The position numbers and the translations under genes are program-made. From assembly GCA_038231095.1 (NCBI GenBank), contig JBBRLZ010000016.1:7639-71638 (forward strand): DNA of 64,000 nucleotides, given 5' to 3'. Of this stretch, positions 55,161 through 64,000 are shown piece by piece. This DNA comes from Gemmatimonadales bacterium (GTDB taxonomy: Bacteria > Gemmatimonadota > Gemmatimonadetes > Gemmatimonadales > Gemmatimonadaceae). Within the stretch, counting starts at the first letter, position 1, and the number at the start of each line of letters is the position of its first letter. The notes below the pieces were generated by a model. It saw nothing but the letters and a program-made list of their open reading frames with translations. It made no database searches and was not told the origin of the DNA.

Positions 55161-56312
55161 TCATGGCAGCGTGCGGGTTCCGAGGATCCGCGGTCCAGCG
55201 GCACCCGTCGCCGCCGGGACATTCCCGGGAAGTCCACGTAAGTGCTGAAGCGCGATGTACGCGAAAGCCACGGCTTCCTTGGCCTCGCCATCAAAAAAGA
55301 GTTCATCGAAGGTACGCACCGTGCGCAATGGCAGAGCTGCACGGATCATGCGCACCAACGTCGGGTTGCGTGCTCCACCACCGGACAACACCACGTCGTG
55401 CAGGTCGCCACGGACGAACCGGTCATAGCCGAGCGCCATCGTACGCGCCGTCAGTGCTGTCGCCGTGGCGACGATGTCCTCATCGCGAACGTCACGACCT
55501 GTGGTGCGACAGGCCGCGACGAGCGCGGCGACGAACGGCGCGTCGTACTTCTCGCGGCCCGTGCTCTTGGGGGGCGGACGGGTGTACCACTCGTCGGCGA
55601 GCAGGGGCTCGAGTACCGCCTCGATCGGGATGCCGGCCGCACCGATGCGCCCGTCGGCATCGTACGTCTGCGCCGGATCGAGTGCCGTGACCACGCGATC
55701 GATCACGCCGCATCCCGGTCCGGTATCGAAGGCAAGGGTCGGCAGATCGATCCCGCGCGGCGGCACGACCGTCACATTCCCGATGCCGCCGAGATTCTGG
55801 AGCGCACGCCAGCCGTTGCGGGCGGCAAAGAGGTGGAGATCGGCCAGTGACACGAGCGGCGCGCCTTGCCCCTGCGCCGCGACATCACGACTGCGGAAGT
55901 CGTGGATCACGCGCGTGCCGAGCCGTTCGGCGATCACCGACGCGTCGCCGATCTGCCACGTGGAGTGTCCGGGTTCGTGCCAGAGGGTCTGGCCGTGCGA
56001 CGCGACGGCCGCGACGTCGTGGGCCGTCAGGCGCGCGCGCTGCATGACGATCGCCGCCGCATCGGCGAGCCAGTTGCCGAGGTCCACGTGCAGTCGGCAG
56101 AACGCCTGCGCCGTGCCCTGCACCATGCCGGCGGCGAGTCGGGTGCGCTGGTCGGCCGTGTAGGCGATCGATTCGAATGCGATCAACTCGGGCCGGTCGC
56201 CATCGGCGGTGCGATGAAAGCGCACGGCGGCCGCAGCGATGCCATCGAGCGAGGTGCCGGACATCAGGCCGATCAGGATCGGTGCGTCGGCGAGCGGCGC
56301 GTCGAGGGCCAT
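55161..56312 (-). CDS. anmK: Anhydro-N-acetylmuramic acid kinase
   Basis: ILIGLMSGTSLDGIAAA, SHGQTLWHEP, IGD..VIAE and RSRDVAAQGQGAPLV are collinear with E. coli AnmK. Its ATG overlaps the murQ stop (ATGA). Confidence 0.9.
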   Translation of the reverse strand: MALDAPLADAPILIGLMSGTSLDGIAAAAVRFHRTADGDRPELIAFESIAYTADQRTRLAAGMVQGTAQAFCRLHVDLGNWLADAAAIVMQRARLTAHDVAAVASHGQTLWHEPGHSTWQIGDASVIAERLGTRVIHDFRSRDVAAQGQGAPLVSLADLHLFAARNGWRALQNLGGIGNVTVVPPRGIDLPTLAFDTGPGCGVIDRVVTALDPAQTYDADGRIGAAGIPIEAVLEPLLADEWYTRPPPKSTGREKYDAPFVAALVAACRTTGRDVRDEDIVATATALTARTMALGYDRFVRGDLHDVVLSGGGARNPTLVRMIRAALPLRTVRTFDELFFDGEAKEAVAFAYIALQHLRGLPGNVPAATGAAGPRILGTRTLP

Positions 56313-57244
56313 CAGTGCGTCTCACCGGCAATCGGTGGCGGCTCGATCGACACCGCGCGGCGGACCACGCCATTCGCCGACGACAGTGCGTCGTCCGCCG
56401 CCGCCGCGTCCACCTGCAGCAGGTGCATGACGATTGCGCGCTTCACGACCCCGTCGGCGCGCGTCAGCACCTCGTGAGCGACATCGCGCGGCAGACCACA
56501 GATCTCCGCCACGATGCGTTCACTGCGATCGACGAGCTTGGCGTTCGTGGCGCGCAGGTCGACCATCAGATTGCCGAACGTCTTGCCGATGCGGATCATC
56601 GCGCCGGTGCTGATGATGTTGAGCGCAAGCTTGGTGGCGGTCCCGGACTTCATGCGCGTGGACCCGGTGACGACTTCCGGACCGACGACGATCACGATCG
56701 GGATGTCGATCGCATCGAGAATCGCGGGGGGCAGCGCGGTGCATGCGATCATGCCGGTCGTCGCGCCGATGGCCTTCGCGCGACGCAGCGCGCCATGCAC
56801 GTATGGCGTGGTGCCGCTGGCGGCGATGCCGACGAAGAAATCGTTTCGTGTGAGTTCGATCGCGTCGAGATCGCGCGCGCCACCTTCCGCGCTGTCTTCC
56901 GCACCTTCCTGCGCGCGGAGCAGCGCCGCCGGGCCACCGGCGATCAAGCCGACGACGAGGCCGAAGTCCGCGCCGAACGTCGGCGGAATCTCGCTTGCAT
57001 CGAGCACACCGAGCCGCCCGGAGGTGCCCGCGCCGGCGTAGACGATGCGACCACCGGCACGCAGTGCCCGTTCCGCCGCGCCGATCGCGGCCGCCAGCGC
57101 GGCGCGCTGTGCGGCGACGGCCGGTGCGACGCCGGCGTCTTCTGCGGTAATGATGTCGACGATCTCGAGCGGCGTGGCGAGATCGATGTCGACCGAGCGC
57201 GGATTACGCTGCTCGGTGACCCTCGAATCGCGAAACGCGGGCAT
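56312..57244 (-). CDS. murQ: N-acetylmuramic acid 6-phosphate etherase
   Basis: Start at ATG 57244 (MPAFRDSRVTEQRNPRSVDIDL). SIS domain GAGTSGRLGVLDASE and GSTRMKSGTATK. The 498-aa ORF-track extension is an upstream shadow. Confidence 0.88.
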   Translation of the reverse strand: MPAFRDSRVTEQRNPRSVDIDLATPLEIVDIITAEDAGVAPAVAAQRAALAAAIGAAERALRAGGRIVYAGAGTSGRLGVLDASEIPPTFGADFGLVVGLIAGGPAALLRAQEGAEDSAEGGARDLDAIELTRNDFFVGIAASGTTPYVHGALRRAKAIGATTGMIACTALPPAILDAIDIPIVIVVGPEVVTGSTRMKSGTATKLALNIISTGAMIRIGKTFGNLMVDLRATNAKLVDRSERIVAEICGLPRDVAHEVLTRADGVVKRAIVMHLLQVDAAAADDALSSANGVVRRAVSIEPPPIAGETH

Positions 57245-57443
57245 GTCGGCGGTCACAAGCGGTGGCGGAGAGACAGAACGACCGGGAGCGGGGAGAGCCG
57301 CGCTGTCGGCCTCACGAGTGCCCGGGTATGCTTCGGGTCGGGCAAAGATAGTCAGCCCGGTGTGCTGACGATGGCGGGATCGTGCCGCCATCCGCCTCCA
57401 GATTTTCTCCGCCCGCTCGATCTCCTCACTCTGGTCCCGCCGT

Positions 57444-59249
57444 ATGGTTGCCTCAGCCCTTCTCCGCCGGTCGTCGCTGGCCATTGCCGCTGTCGCCCTG
57501 GCGACAGCGTGCCGCTCATCGCACCCTGCTCCACCTGCGACATCCGCACCGGCGCCGGTGGCCGTTGCCCGGCCGGATGCCGGCGCGCGCGAAGACTCGG
57601 TGCGGCGGAATCCGGTGGTATTCGCCGACGGCTGGCGGTTCGCGAAGAACCAGCCCGCGACATTCGCCGAGCACGGCATGGTGAGCAGCAATGCCCCGCT
57701 GGCGAGTGCGGCGGGTGCCGAGGTGATGAAGCTGGGCGGGAATGCAGTGGATGCGGCGGTGGCGACCGGGTTTGCGCTGGCGGTGGTCTGGCCGGAAGCG
57801 GGCAACATCGGCGGCGGCGGCTACATGGTGATTCAGATGGCCGACGGCCGCCGCGAAGTCGTGGACTATCGTGAGGTCGCGCCCCTGGCGGGATCGCGGG
57901 ACATGTATCTCAAGCCCGATGGCACGACCGATGGCAGCATCATCGGCTGGCGCTCGAGCGGCGTGCCGGGCGCGGTGGCGGGCCTGATCGCTGCACAAAA
58001 GAAGTACGGCAAGCTGACGCGCGCGCAGGTGATGGCACCGGCGATCCGCATGGCGCGCGATGGCTTCGTGGTGGATTCGGGGCTGCACACGAGCATCACA
58101 CGCAGTCGCGCGCTGTTGGTGCGTTTCGCCGGCAAGGACGTCTTCCTGCCGCACGATGCCGCGCCATCGATCGGTTCGACGTTCCGCCAGCCGGTCCTCG
58201 CGCGCACACTCGACGCGATCGCGCGCGACGGCAGCGATGCGTACTACCACGGCTGGATCGCCGACAGCATCGCGGCAGAAGAGAAGCGTGGTGGTGGCGT
58301 GATCACGAAGGCCGATCTCGAGAAGTACACCGCACGCTGGCGCGAGCCGCTGGTGTGGACGTATCGCAGTTACACGCTCGTCGGCATGCCGCCGTCGTCA
58401 TCCGGCGGTGTGACGATGGCCGAGACGATGAACATCCTCGAGCGTGAACCACACATGCCGGCCTTCGGCAGCGTGGCGTACCTGCACCTGCTGACCAGCG
58501 CGTATCAGCGTGCGTTCATCGATCGCAACAGCAAGATCGCCGATCCGGATTTCTACCCGGTGCCGATCGCGCAGCTGACGAGCAAGACGTACGCGCAGGG
58601 CCTCTACACCGCGATCGACAAGGCGAAAGCCACACCGACGCCGGCGGTGACGCAGCAGATGGCCGAGAACATGCACACGACGCACTACTCGGTGGTGGAT
58701 GGCGAGGGCAGCGCGGTGGCGACGACGACGACGCTCAACAACTCGTGGGGCAGCGGCGTCTATCTCACCAGCGTCGGCTTCATGATGAACGATCAGATGG
58801 ACGACTTCGCGGTGCAGCCGGGGAAGCCGAACATGTTCGGGCTCGTGCAGGGCGAAGCGAACAAGATCGAGCCGGGCAAGCGCATGCTCTCGGCGATGTC
58901 GCCGACGGTCGTCCTCGACGCGCAGGGCAAGGTGCAGATGGTCGCCGGCGCCGCGGGTGGCCCGCGCATCATCTCGGCCACGAGTCAGGTGATCCTGAAC
59001 GTGATCGAATTCGGCATGCCGCTCGCCGATGCAATGCGTGCGCCGCGCATCCACAATCAGGCACTGCCGGATGAAACGCGCCTCGAGACGAACGGCTTCC
59101 CGATGGCGACCGTGGATTCGCTGCGCGCGATGGGGCACAAGGTGGACTTCCTTGGCGGCATCGCGAACGTGAACGCCATACGCCGCGTACCGGGTGGCTG
59201 GCACGGCGTCTCCGAGCCGCGTGCGTTCGGGGCGGCGGTCGGGTACTGA
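57444..59249 (+). CDS. ggt: Gamma-glutamyltransferase (lipoprotein precursor)
   Basis: Lipobox AVALATAC. GGNAVDAAVA. Autoprocessing/nucleophile site HTTHYSVVD. C-terminal GAAGGPRIIS. Confidence 0.9.
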   Translation: MVASALLRRSSLAIAAVALATACRSSHPAPPATSAPAPVAVARPDAGAREDSVRRNPVVFADGWRFAKNQPATFAEHGMVSSNAPLASAAGAEVMKLGGNAVDAAVATGFALAVVWPEAGNIGGGGYMVIQMADGRREVVDYREVAPLAGSRDMYLKPDGTTDGSIIGWRSSGVPGAVAGLIAAQKKYGKLTRAQVMAPAIRMARDGFVVDSGLHTSITRSRALLVRFAGKDVFLPHDAAPSIGSTFRQPVLARTLDAIARDGSDAYYHGWIADSIAAEEKRGGGVITKADLEKYTARWREPLVWTYRSYTLVGMPPSSSGGVTMAETMNILEREPHMPAFGSVAYLHLLTSAYQRAFIDRNSKIADPDFYPVPIAQLTSKTYAQGLYTAIDKAKATPTPAVTQQMAENMHTTHYSVVDGEGSAVATTTTLNNSWGSGVYLTSVGFMMNDQMDDFAVQPGKPNMFGLVQGEANKIEPGKRMLSAMSPTVVLDAQGKVQMVAGAAGGPRIISATSQVILNVIEFGMPLADAMRAPRIHNQALPDETRLETNGFPMATVDSLRAMGHKVDFLGGIANVNAIRRVPGGWHGVSEPRAFGAAVGY

Positions 59250-59402
59250 ACCCTTCGTTCGCGTTGCGGAAACGGCGAACTCCGTGGTCGCACAACTGCC
59301 AGCGGCTTCAGTCGCGATAGACAGTTTTGCATCCCGCACAACTCCCGAGCGACGCAGACGCTCGTGGCTCTTTTTCGCGGAAACAGCTCCGAACTTCGCG
59401 CG

Positions 59403-60764
59403 CTACCGCATGCGCGCGAGTTCGAGGCGGGCGCCTTTGTCGTCTCGCACACCCATGTAGATCACGCCCGGGCCGAAGCCGGCGATGACTCTCCCGAACG
59501 GGAATGAGACGCGGTCGATCAAGACGCCCTGTCGGTTGACGACATCGTAAACCGGGCCACCGTTCGCGACTTTGCTCGTGCGGATCCAGAGATTGCCATC
59601 GAGGTCGGCGCGCGTGGCACCAGTGCCGAAGGCGGGTCGATAGTCCGGCAGATCACTCGGCGGGACCATGTTGATCGCGGGCATCGGCATCGACATCGGT
59701 GCGCCACCGGCGCCCGGACCAGTTCCACCGGCTCCGCCACTCGGCGCCCCCGGCCCATCGAAGCGCATCACGATCATGCCGCCACCACCGCCACCCGCCG
59801 GCGGGGCCGCCATCGTCATGTTGCCGCCACCATTCGTGGCCACAGCGCGCGCGCGATTGGCTTCCATCGCCACCTTCGCCGAGTCGAGGAAGGTCTGCTT
59901 CGCTTCATCACTGAGTCGCTGCCACTCGAACGGAATTTTCGCAGTGCTCGTGCGCGAACCGTCCGGTGCCAGCCAATCGATGTGATAGTCCGCGCCACGC
60001 ACCACGGCGAGCGTGCCGTCGGGCAACAGCGTCCAGTCATCCACGACCGGCATCGGATTCATCATCATCGTCACCGACATGCCACGTTCGGTCTGCACGA
60101 CGCTCGCACGCGCCTTCGGAATCTTGAAGAAGGACGCCGTATCGAGTGCGCGCGTGGCGAGCGCGACGCGCAGAATCGGCGCCGAATCCGGCTGCTCCGG
60201 AATACGCGGCGCCGTGCTCGGCTCGTTGCCGCTCGGCGGTGGCGGCAGGTTCGGACGCGTGAAGCCGCGATAGACGATGCGGCCCTTGCTGTCGAAGCCG
60301 GGCGTGCCGAACGGACCTCCGACCATGAACTGCGCATCATTCGGTCGCGGCACGGCCATGACACGCGCGACCTTGCCCGAGCCGTCGATCACAAGCATCG
60401 ACAGTGACTGGGGATCGATAAAGAGCGTCGAATCGCCGCGATAGGGGATCAGTCCACCGGTGCGACCACTGTACGCATTCGCGGTCGCCGCGGTGGTATC
60501 GGCAATCACCGCCTGCGTGGCGAAGGTCGAATCGAGCAGCAACAGCTGGCGCCGCACGAGGTCATTCACGAGCACTCGGCCACCGGGCAACGGACGCACG
60601 GCGGAGACACTGCCGAACACGTCGGTCGGCGAGATGCGAACCACGGCACCAAGCGGGCGGACCGGCGGCAACGACTGCGCCCCCGCACCGGTGGCACACG
60701 GCGTCGCGATCAAGAGTGCGCCGAGTGTACGAGCGCGGATTATTCGCATGAATGCTGCAGACAT
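59403..60764 (-). CDS. Secreted hypothetical protein (beta-propeller-like, with Gly-rich insert)
   Basis: ATG 60764 or 60749 gives signal peptide MRIIRARTLGALLIATPCATGAGAQ. Internal low-complexity stretch PPAGGGGGGMIVMRFDGPGAPSGGAGGTGPGAGG. Sits 23 nt downstream of the TonB-dependent receptor gene. Confidence 0.55.
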   Translation of the reverse strand: MSAAFMRIIRARTLGALLIATPCATGAGAQSLPPVRPLGAVVRISPTDVFGSVSAVRPLPGGRVLVNDLVRRQLLLLDSTFATQAVIADTTAATANAYSGRTGGLIPYRGDSTLFIDPQSLSMLVIDGSGKVARVMAVPRPNDAQFMVGGPFGTPGFDSKGRIVYRGFTRPNLPPPPSGNEPSTAPRIPEQPDSAPILRVALATRALDTASFFKIPKARASVVQTERGMSVTMMMNPMPVVDDWTLLPDGTLAVVRGADYHIDWLAPDGSRTSTAKIPFEWQRLSDEAKQTFLDSAKVAMEANRARAVATNGGGNMTMAAPPAGGGGGGMIVMRFDGPGAPSGGAGGTGPGAGGAPMSMPMPAINMVPPSDLPDYRPAFGTGATRADLDGNLWIRTSKVANGGPVYDVVNRQGVLIDRVSFPFGRVIAGFGPGVIYMGVRDDKGARLELARMR

Positions 60765-60787
60765 GGGGAAGCCGTGAGAAGAAGTGA

Positions 60788-63700
60788 TCATCGGATGATG
60801 ATGGTATTTCCGCCACCCTGCGGAATGTTCATGCCGCCGGAGACGAAGCCGCCAAAGTCGCCACCGCCCATCGTGCCGGACCGGATCGACGTGAGATAGC
60901 GCTCGTCGAGGTGGCTGGCGACGATCGCCGGCAGCTTGCGCCGCTGATCCGCGGTGAGCAGGCCACGGATATCCGGCGCCATGGTGCGCAGCAGATCGAT
61001 CGACGCCTCGCGCGCCCTCTTGTAGCGACCGTACGCCAGGTCGTGGTCGTACGTGTCGTCGAGCCGCGCAAACTCCTTCACGATCGGCGCCCAGATGGCG
61101 CTCTGCCGGATCGTGTACATGCGATTCAGAGTTGCGATGCTGTCCGCCTGCACGGCGGTCAACTGCAGCGAATCCGTCTGACGGAGAATCTGCGCCAGTG
61201 GATTGATCGTCACGCCGCCGGTGCCGTACATCGCGTTCAGCATGGGCTCCGCGACCTTCTGGCCAGGCGTGCGCCGACCGCGATCGAGCTGCTGCGTGAG
61301 CACCTGTCGCTCTCGCGATGCGCCGAGATCGAAACGCATCATCGCTGTGATCGTGACGGGCTGCCGGAATGCCGAGAACGCCGGCCGTGTGGCACCGAAT
61401 CGCTGATTGACTTCGTACGTGTATCGTCGCGCTGCCGCGTCGAAGCCGCGCACGTAGAGCAGCGTCGGATCGGGCTGCGCCGGCTGTCCCCATCCGCGCA
61501 GGTTGTTCGAACCATGCAGCAGCAGATCCGCCGCGCCCAGCGGATTGTTCACCTGCAGCGAGATCGTCGCGCGCTGTGGCAGGCGCAGCTTGAGCGGATT
61601 GAACGAAATGCTGAGGAAGGCCTGCTGCGTCCACGCTCCCTGGCAACTGTTACGACCGGCGAGCGTCCCGAGCTGGCGCAGCAGGCACTCCTTCGCATCG
61701 CCCCTCGACGACGCGAGCAGTGTACGCATGCCGATCGCGGTGGCGGCATCGGCCGTGTTGTCAGGATTGACGATGAACGCGCGATCGTTGCTCAACCCAT
61801 CGCCATTCACGTCGCCCCCGATCATCGGCGTGTATGGGTTGCCCGAGCGCACGCTGCCGAACCAGTTCACGCGCACCGCATCGAAGAAGTTGTACGCCAG
61901 CGTGTACTGGAACTGATGTCGCGAATCGAACGACGAGCGCGACCACGCGATGTCGCGCGGATCACCGACGGTGCTCTGGAATCCACGATACTGCTCACGC
62001 ACGTTGCCGTAGACGTACGACACGTTCCAGATCAGCGCCGAGCTGAAGTTCGCCGGTGCAATGCGCAGACTCACCTGGCGCGATTCGCTGAGCAGGTCGG
62101 AGCGATTGACGTTCACGACGTTGTACAACGGGCTCAGTCGCGAATCGCGCGGCGCCGCAGCCCCGGTGAGCGGATCGATGCGGCCCAATGGCACGAACAC
62201 CGGACGGCCGCTTTCGCTGCCGAGCGTGAACTGCGGTGTGCCGGCAAAGTTCAGATCGACCGCGCCGGGCTGGTTCATGTTCCGAGAGTACGTGACATCG
62301 ATGCTCGCGCTGAACCGGTTCTGCAGGATCGGCCCGTTCCACTGGAGGTTGGACCGGAGACTGCGCGTCGCGATGAAATTGTTCGCAAACAGGGTCACGT
62401 TCGGTGCGCCGTTCGCGAACGGCGACGTGACCGTCCCATCGCCACAGACCTGCGGGATGGACGACGGATTTGCGAGCCATGCCCCCCATTGGGGCACGGG
62501 TGCGACGGTCCCGAAGCAACCGAGCTGCTGGATGGCGGCGGGCAGGCCGGTGTTGTCCAGCGCGCCGCCGAGCAATGTGGCCTGCGGCAGATTCTGGAAG
62601 ATGCCGATGCCGCCGCGAATCACGGCGCGTGGTCCGCGCACCGCGCCATCGAACCCGCCAATCTGCGGCGCCGTACCCACGGTCCATGAAAAGCCGACAC
62701 GCGGGCTCACGTATACACGATTCGGGACACCCGCATTGCTGGTGCCGAACAGTCGTGCGATGTCCGGGTTCTCGGCCGGGCCGCGGTCGTACCGATTCGC
62801 ATCGAGCCGCACACCATACTGGATCTGCAGATCGGTGCTTTTGCGCCACGCATCGCCGAGCGACACCGCACCGACGACCATCCCGCCACTCCGTTCACGC
62901 GGCGACAGCTGGCGCGTGAACGACACGGCGCGGCCGGCGTCCAGATCCTGGAGCGAGTTGAACGCAAAAGAACCGAAGCGATTGGTCGTCTGATCGAGAC
63001 GGAACAGGTCGCGCCGCAGCTCGCTGGTGAGCTTGATGCGATGCTTGCTGTTGCGCGAGAACCACGACAGAGTGTTGAGGAGCCCGGCGCTGATGTTCTG
63101 TGATGACGTGCCGAGAAACGGATTGCCGCCGAACGACACCACGCGCAATCCATTCGTCCCATCGGCGAGTGGCGAATTGACGCGCACCGTGCCACTCGGC
63201 AGATCGAAGAACGATGATCCGGAATTCCGCGACGCGTTCAGGTTGAGGTTCGTCTCGGTGAGGATGCCACTGTTGAAGTACGCCGAGTGTCTGCCCGACA
63301 GTCCGCCGTTCCAATTCGTGCGCTCGCCACTGTGTGCGGACAGTTCGGTGACCGAGCCGCTCGCCGGAGAGGTACGATTCCAGAACGCGTTACCGGTGAA
63401 CGTGAACGCCTGCCCGAACCGAGCGCCTGGCGGCGCGAGATTGATCGTGCCGAACAGCGAGCCCTGATCACCGGTGCGACTCTGCGGATTCGAGGCTGGC
63501 GTCACCGGCACGCCGAGTCGATTCAGGATGCCGAGCAGCCGGGCCGCGGAATCGGGTGCAACGCCACTCGTGAGAAGACCGGCCGCGTCCGTGTTGAGCA
63601 GCGTGCGCAGATCGTTGCTGCGCTGGCCGAGCTGATACGAGAGTGTGTAGAACGCCTTGTCGATCACCAGCGGTCCGGCGATCAGCCCGCCGAGGGAAAC

Positions 63701-64000
63701 ATTCGAGAATTCCTGCCCGAGCGCGCGCGCCGCGGCATCAGTGAATTGCAATGCCGGCGCATCGACGTTCAGGCTCATCGTCCGGGAACTGAAGTTCGAG
63801 CCGCCCGATGTGCGCAACTGGAACTGACCGCCGCTGAATCCGCCGCGCGAGACATCGTACGGCGACGTTGACAGCGAGGACTGGACACCCGCGTCGCGCG
63901 GCAGATTGCTGCCGCCGAAGTTCTGGCCGTTGAGCGTAGTGTTGTTCTGATCGGGTGTCAGGCCAAGCACCGAAAAGCCCGAGGGGTCGCCATTCGCGCC
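60788..64000 (-). CDS. TonB-dependent receptor-like outer membrane protein (5' end beyond window)
   Basis: The frame stays open to position 64000. Plug-like LGLTPDQNNTTLNGQNFGG...SPYDVSRGGFSGGQ is followed by about 1000 aa of alternating beta-strand-like sequence. Confidence 0.75.
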   Translation of the reverse strand, partial: GANGDPSGFSVLGLTPDQNNTTLNGQNFGGSNLPRDAGVQSSLSTSPYDVSRGGFSGGQFQLRTSGGSNFSSRTMSLNVDAPALQFTDAAARALGQEFSNVSLGGLIAGPLVIDKAFYTLSYQLGQRSNDLRTLLNTDAAGLLTSGVAPDSAARLLGILNRLGVPVTPASNPQSRTGDQGSLFGTINLAPPGARFGQAFTFTGNAFWNRTSPASGSVTELSAHSGERTNWNGGLSGRHSAYFNSGILTETNLNLNASRNSGSSFFDLPSGTVRVNSPLADGTNGLRVVSFGGNPFLGTSSQNISAGLLNTLSWFSRNSKHRIKLTSELRRDLFRLDQTTNRFGSFAFNSLQDLDAGRAVSFTRQLSPRERSGGMVVGAVSLGDAWRKSTDLQIQYGVRLDANRYDRGPAENPDIARLFGTSNAGVPNRVYVSPRVGFSWTVGTAPQIGGFDGAVRGPRAVIRGGIGIFQNLPQATLLGGALDNTGLPAAIQQLGCFGTVAPVPQWGAWLANPSSIPQVCGDGTVTSPFANGAPNVTLFANNFIATRSLRSNLQWNGPILQNRFSASIDVTYSRNMNQPGAVDLNFAGTPQFTLGSESGRPVFVPLGRIDPLTGAAAPRDSRLSPLYNVVNVNRSDLLSESRQVSLRIAPANFSSALIWNVSYVYGNVREQYRGFQSTVGDPRDIAWSRSSFDSRHQFQYTLAYNFFDAVRVNWFGSVRSGNPYTPMIGGDVNGDGLSNDRAFIVNPDNTADAATAIGMRTLLASSRGDAKECLLRQLGTLAGRNSCQGAWTQQAFLSISFNPLKLRLPQRATISLQVNNPLGAADLLLHGSNNLRGWGQPAQPDPTLLYVRGFDAAARRYTYEVNQRFGATRPAFSAFRQPVTITAMMRFDLGASRERQVLTQQLDRGRRTPGQKVAEPMLNAMYGTGGVTINPLAQILRQTDSLQLTAVQADSIATLNRMYTIRQSAIWAPIVKEFARLDDTYDHDLAYGRYKRAREASIDLLRTMAPDIRGLLTADQRRKLPAIVASHLDERYLTSIRSGTMGGGDFGGFVSGGMNIPQGGGNTIIIR

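Noticed and set aside
57245-57808. Upstream extension of murQ (track ORF 56312-57808). Similar extensions occur for emrA (5588-5698), the GT28 gene (13081-13263), the methyltransferase (32614-32841), the pseudouridine synthase (33942-34235) and the gamma-CA-like gene (49550-49705).
   Set aside because: Family-typical N-termini, SD motifs, signal peptides or ATGA/GTGA coupling support the shorter starts. The extensions overlap neighbouring genes or are Arg-rich.
1-64000. tRNA, rRNA, tmRNA, CRISPR arrays, integrases, transposases, prophage or toxin-antitoxin pairs.
   Set aside because: Scanning the intergenic regions by eye found no T-loop (GGTTCGAATCC-like) motif outside coding sequence. There are no spaced direct-repeat arrays and no recombinase-like ORFs. 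A tRNAscan, Infernal or ISfinder run would be needed to be certain.

Overview
This is a very GC-rich bacterial chromosomal segment; every frame carries long Arg/Ala/Pro-rich shadow ORFs. I call 53 protein-coding genes (two run off the window edges), 4 intrinsic terminators, 2 promoters (one with a two-site palindromic operator) and 2 repeat elements. By eye I see no rRNA, tRNA, CRISPR array, transposase, integrase, phage or plasmid genes, so this looks like core and envelope chromosome, not an accessory island. The protein repertoire (TolB-propeller amidohydrolase, BNR/sortilin-like giant, CBM9/DUF5916 protein, plug-type TonB-dependent receptor, many lipoproteins) suggests a Gemmatimonadota/Acidobacteriota-type genome, but that is inference only.

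Recognisable modules:
- tex
- a tetR-tolC-emrA-emrB efflux operon
- an NPP-type phosphodiesterase translationally coupled to a GT28 glycolipid synthase
- a DinB/DinB/DCC/histidine-phosphatase run
- hrpB
- cspA and infA
- an rlu-DUF2721-methyltransferase-pnuC operon
- an exported msrB
- class II RNR (nrdJ)
- a peptidoglycan-turnover neighbourhood (amidase, nagZ-anmK-murQ)
- ggt

Many start sites were fixed using ATGA/GTGA stop-start overlaps, signal peptides and SD motifs read directly from the DNA.

I did not find a convincing new multi-gene system: there is no defence-like ATPase, nuclease or RT set. The signals that ordinary annotation does not explain are:
1. A 217-bp near-perfect nested hairpin between emrB and tex.
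2. The phosphodiesterase-glycosyltransferase pair, a possible non-canonical lipid-remodelling module.
3. A five-gene envelope cluster of unknown function.
4. An exported, single-Cys, zinc-less MsrB.
5. A long structured, AT-richer leader in front of nrdJ.
6. An 11-bp tandem repeat and a 510-bp ORF-free gap.

All family assignments are from motif recognition by eye; no searches were run.
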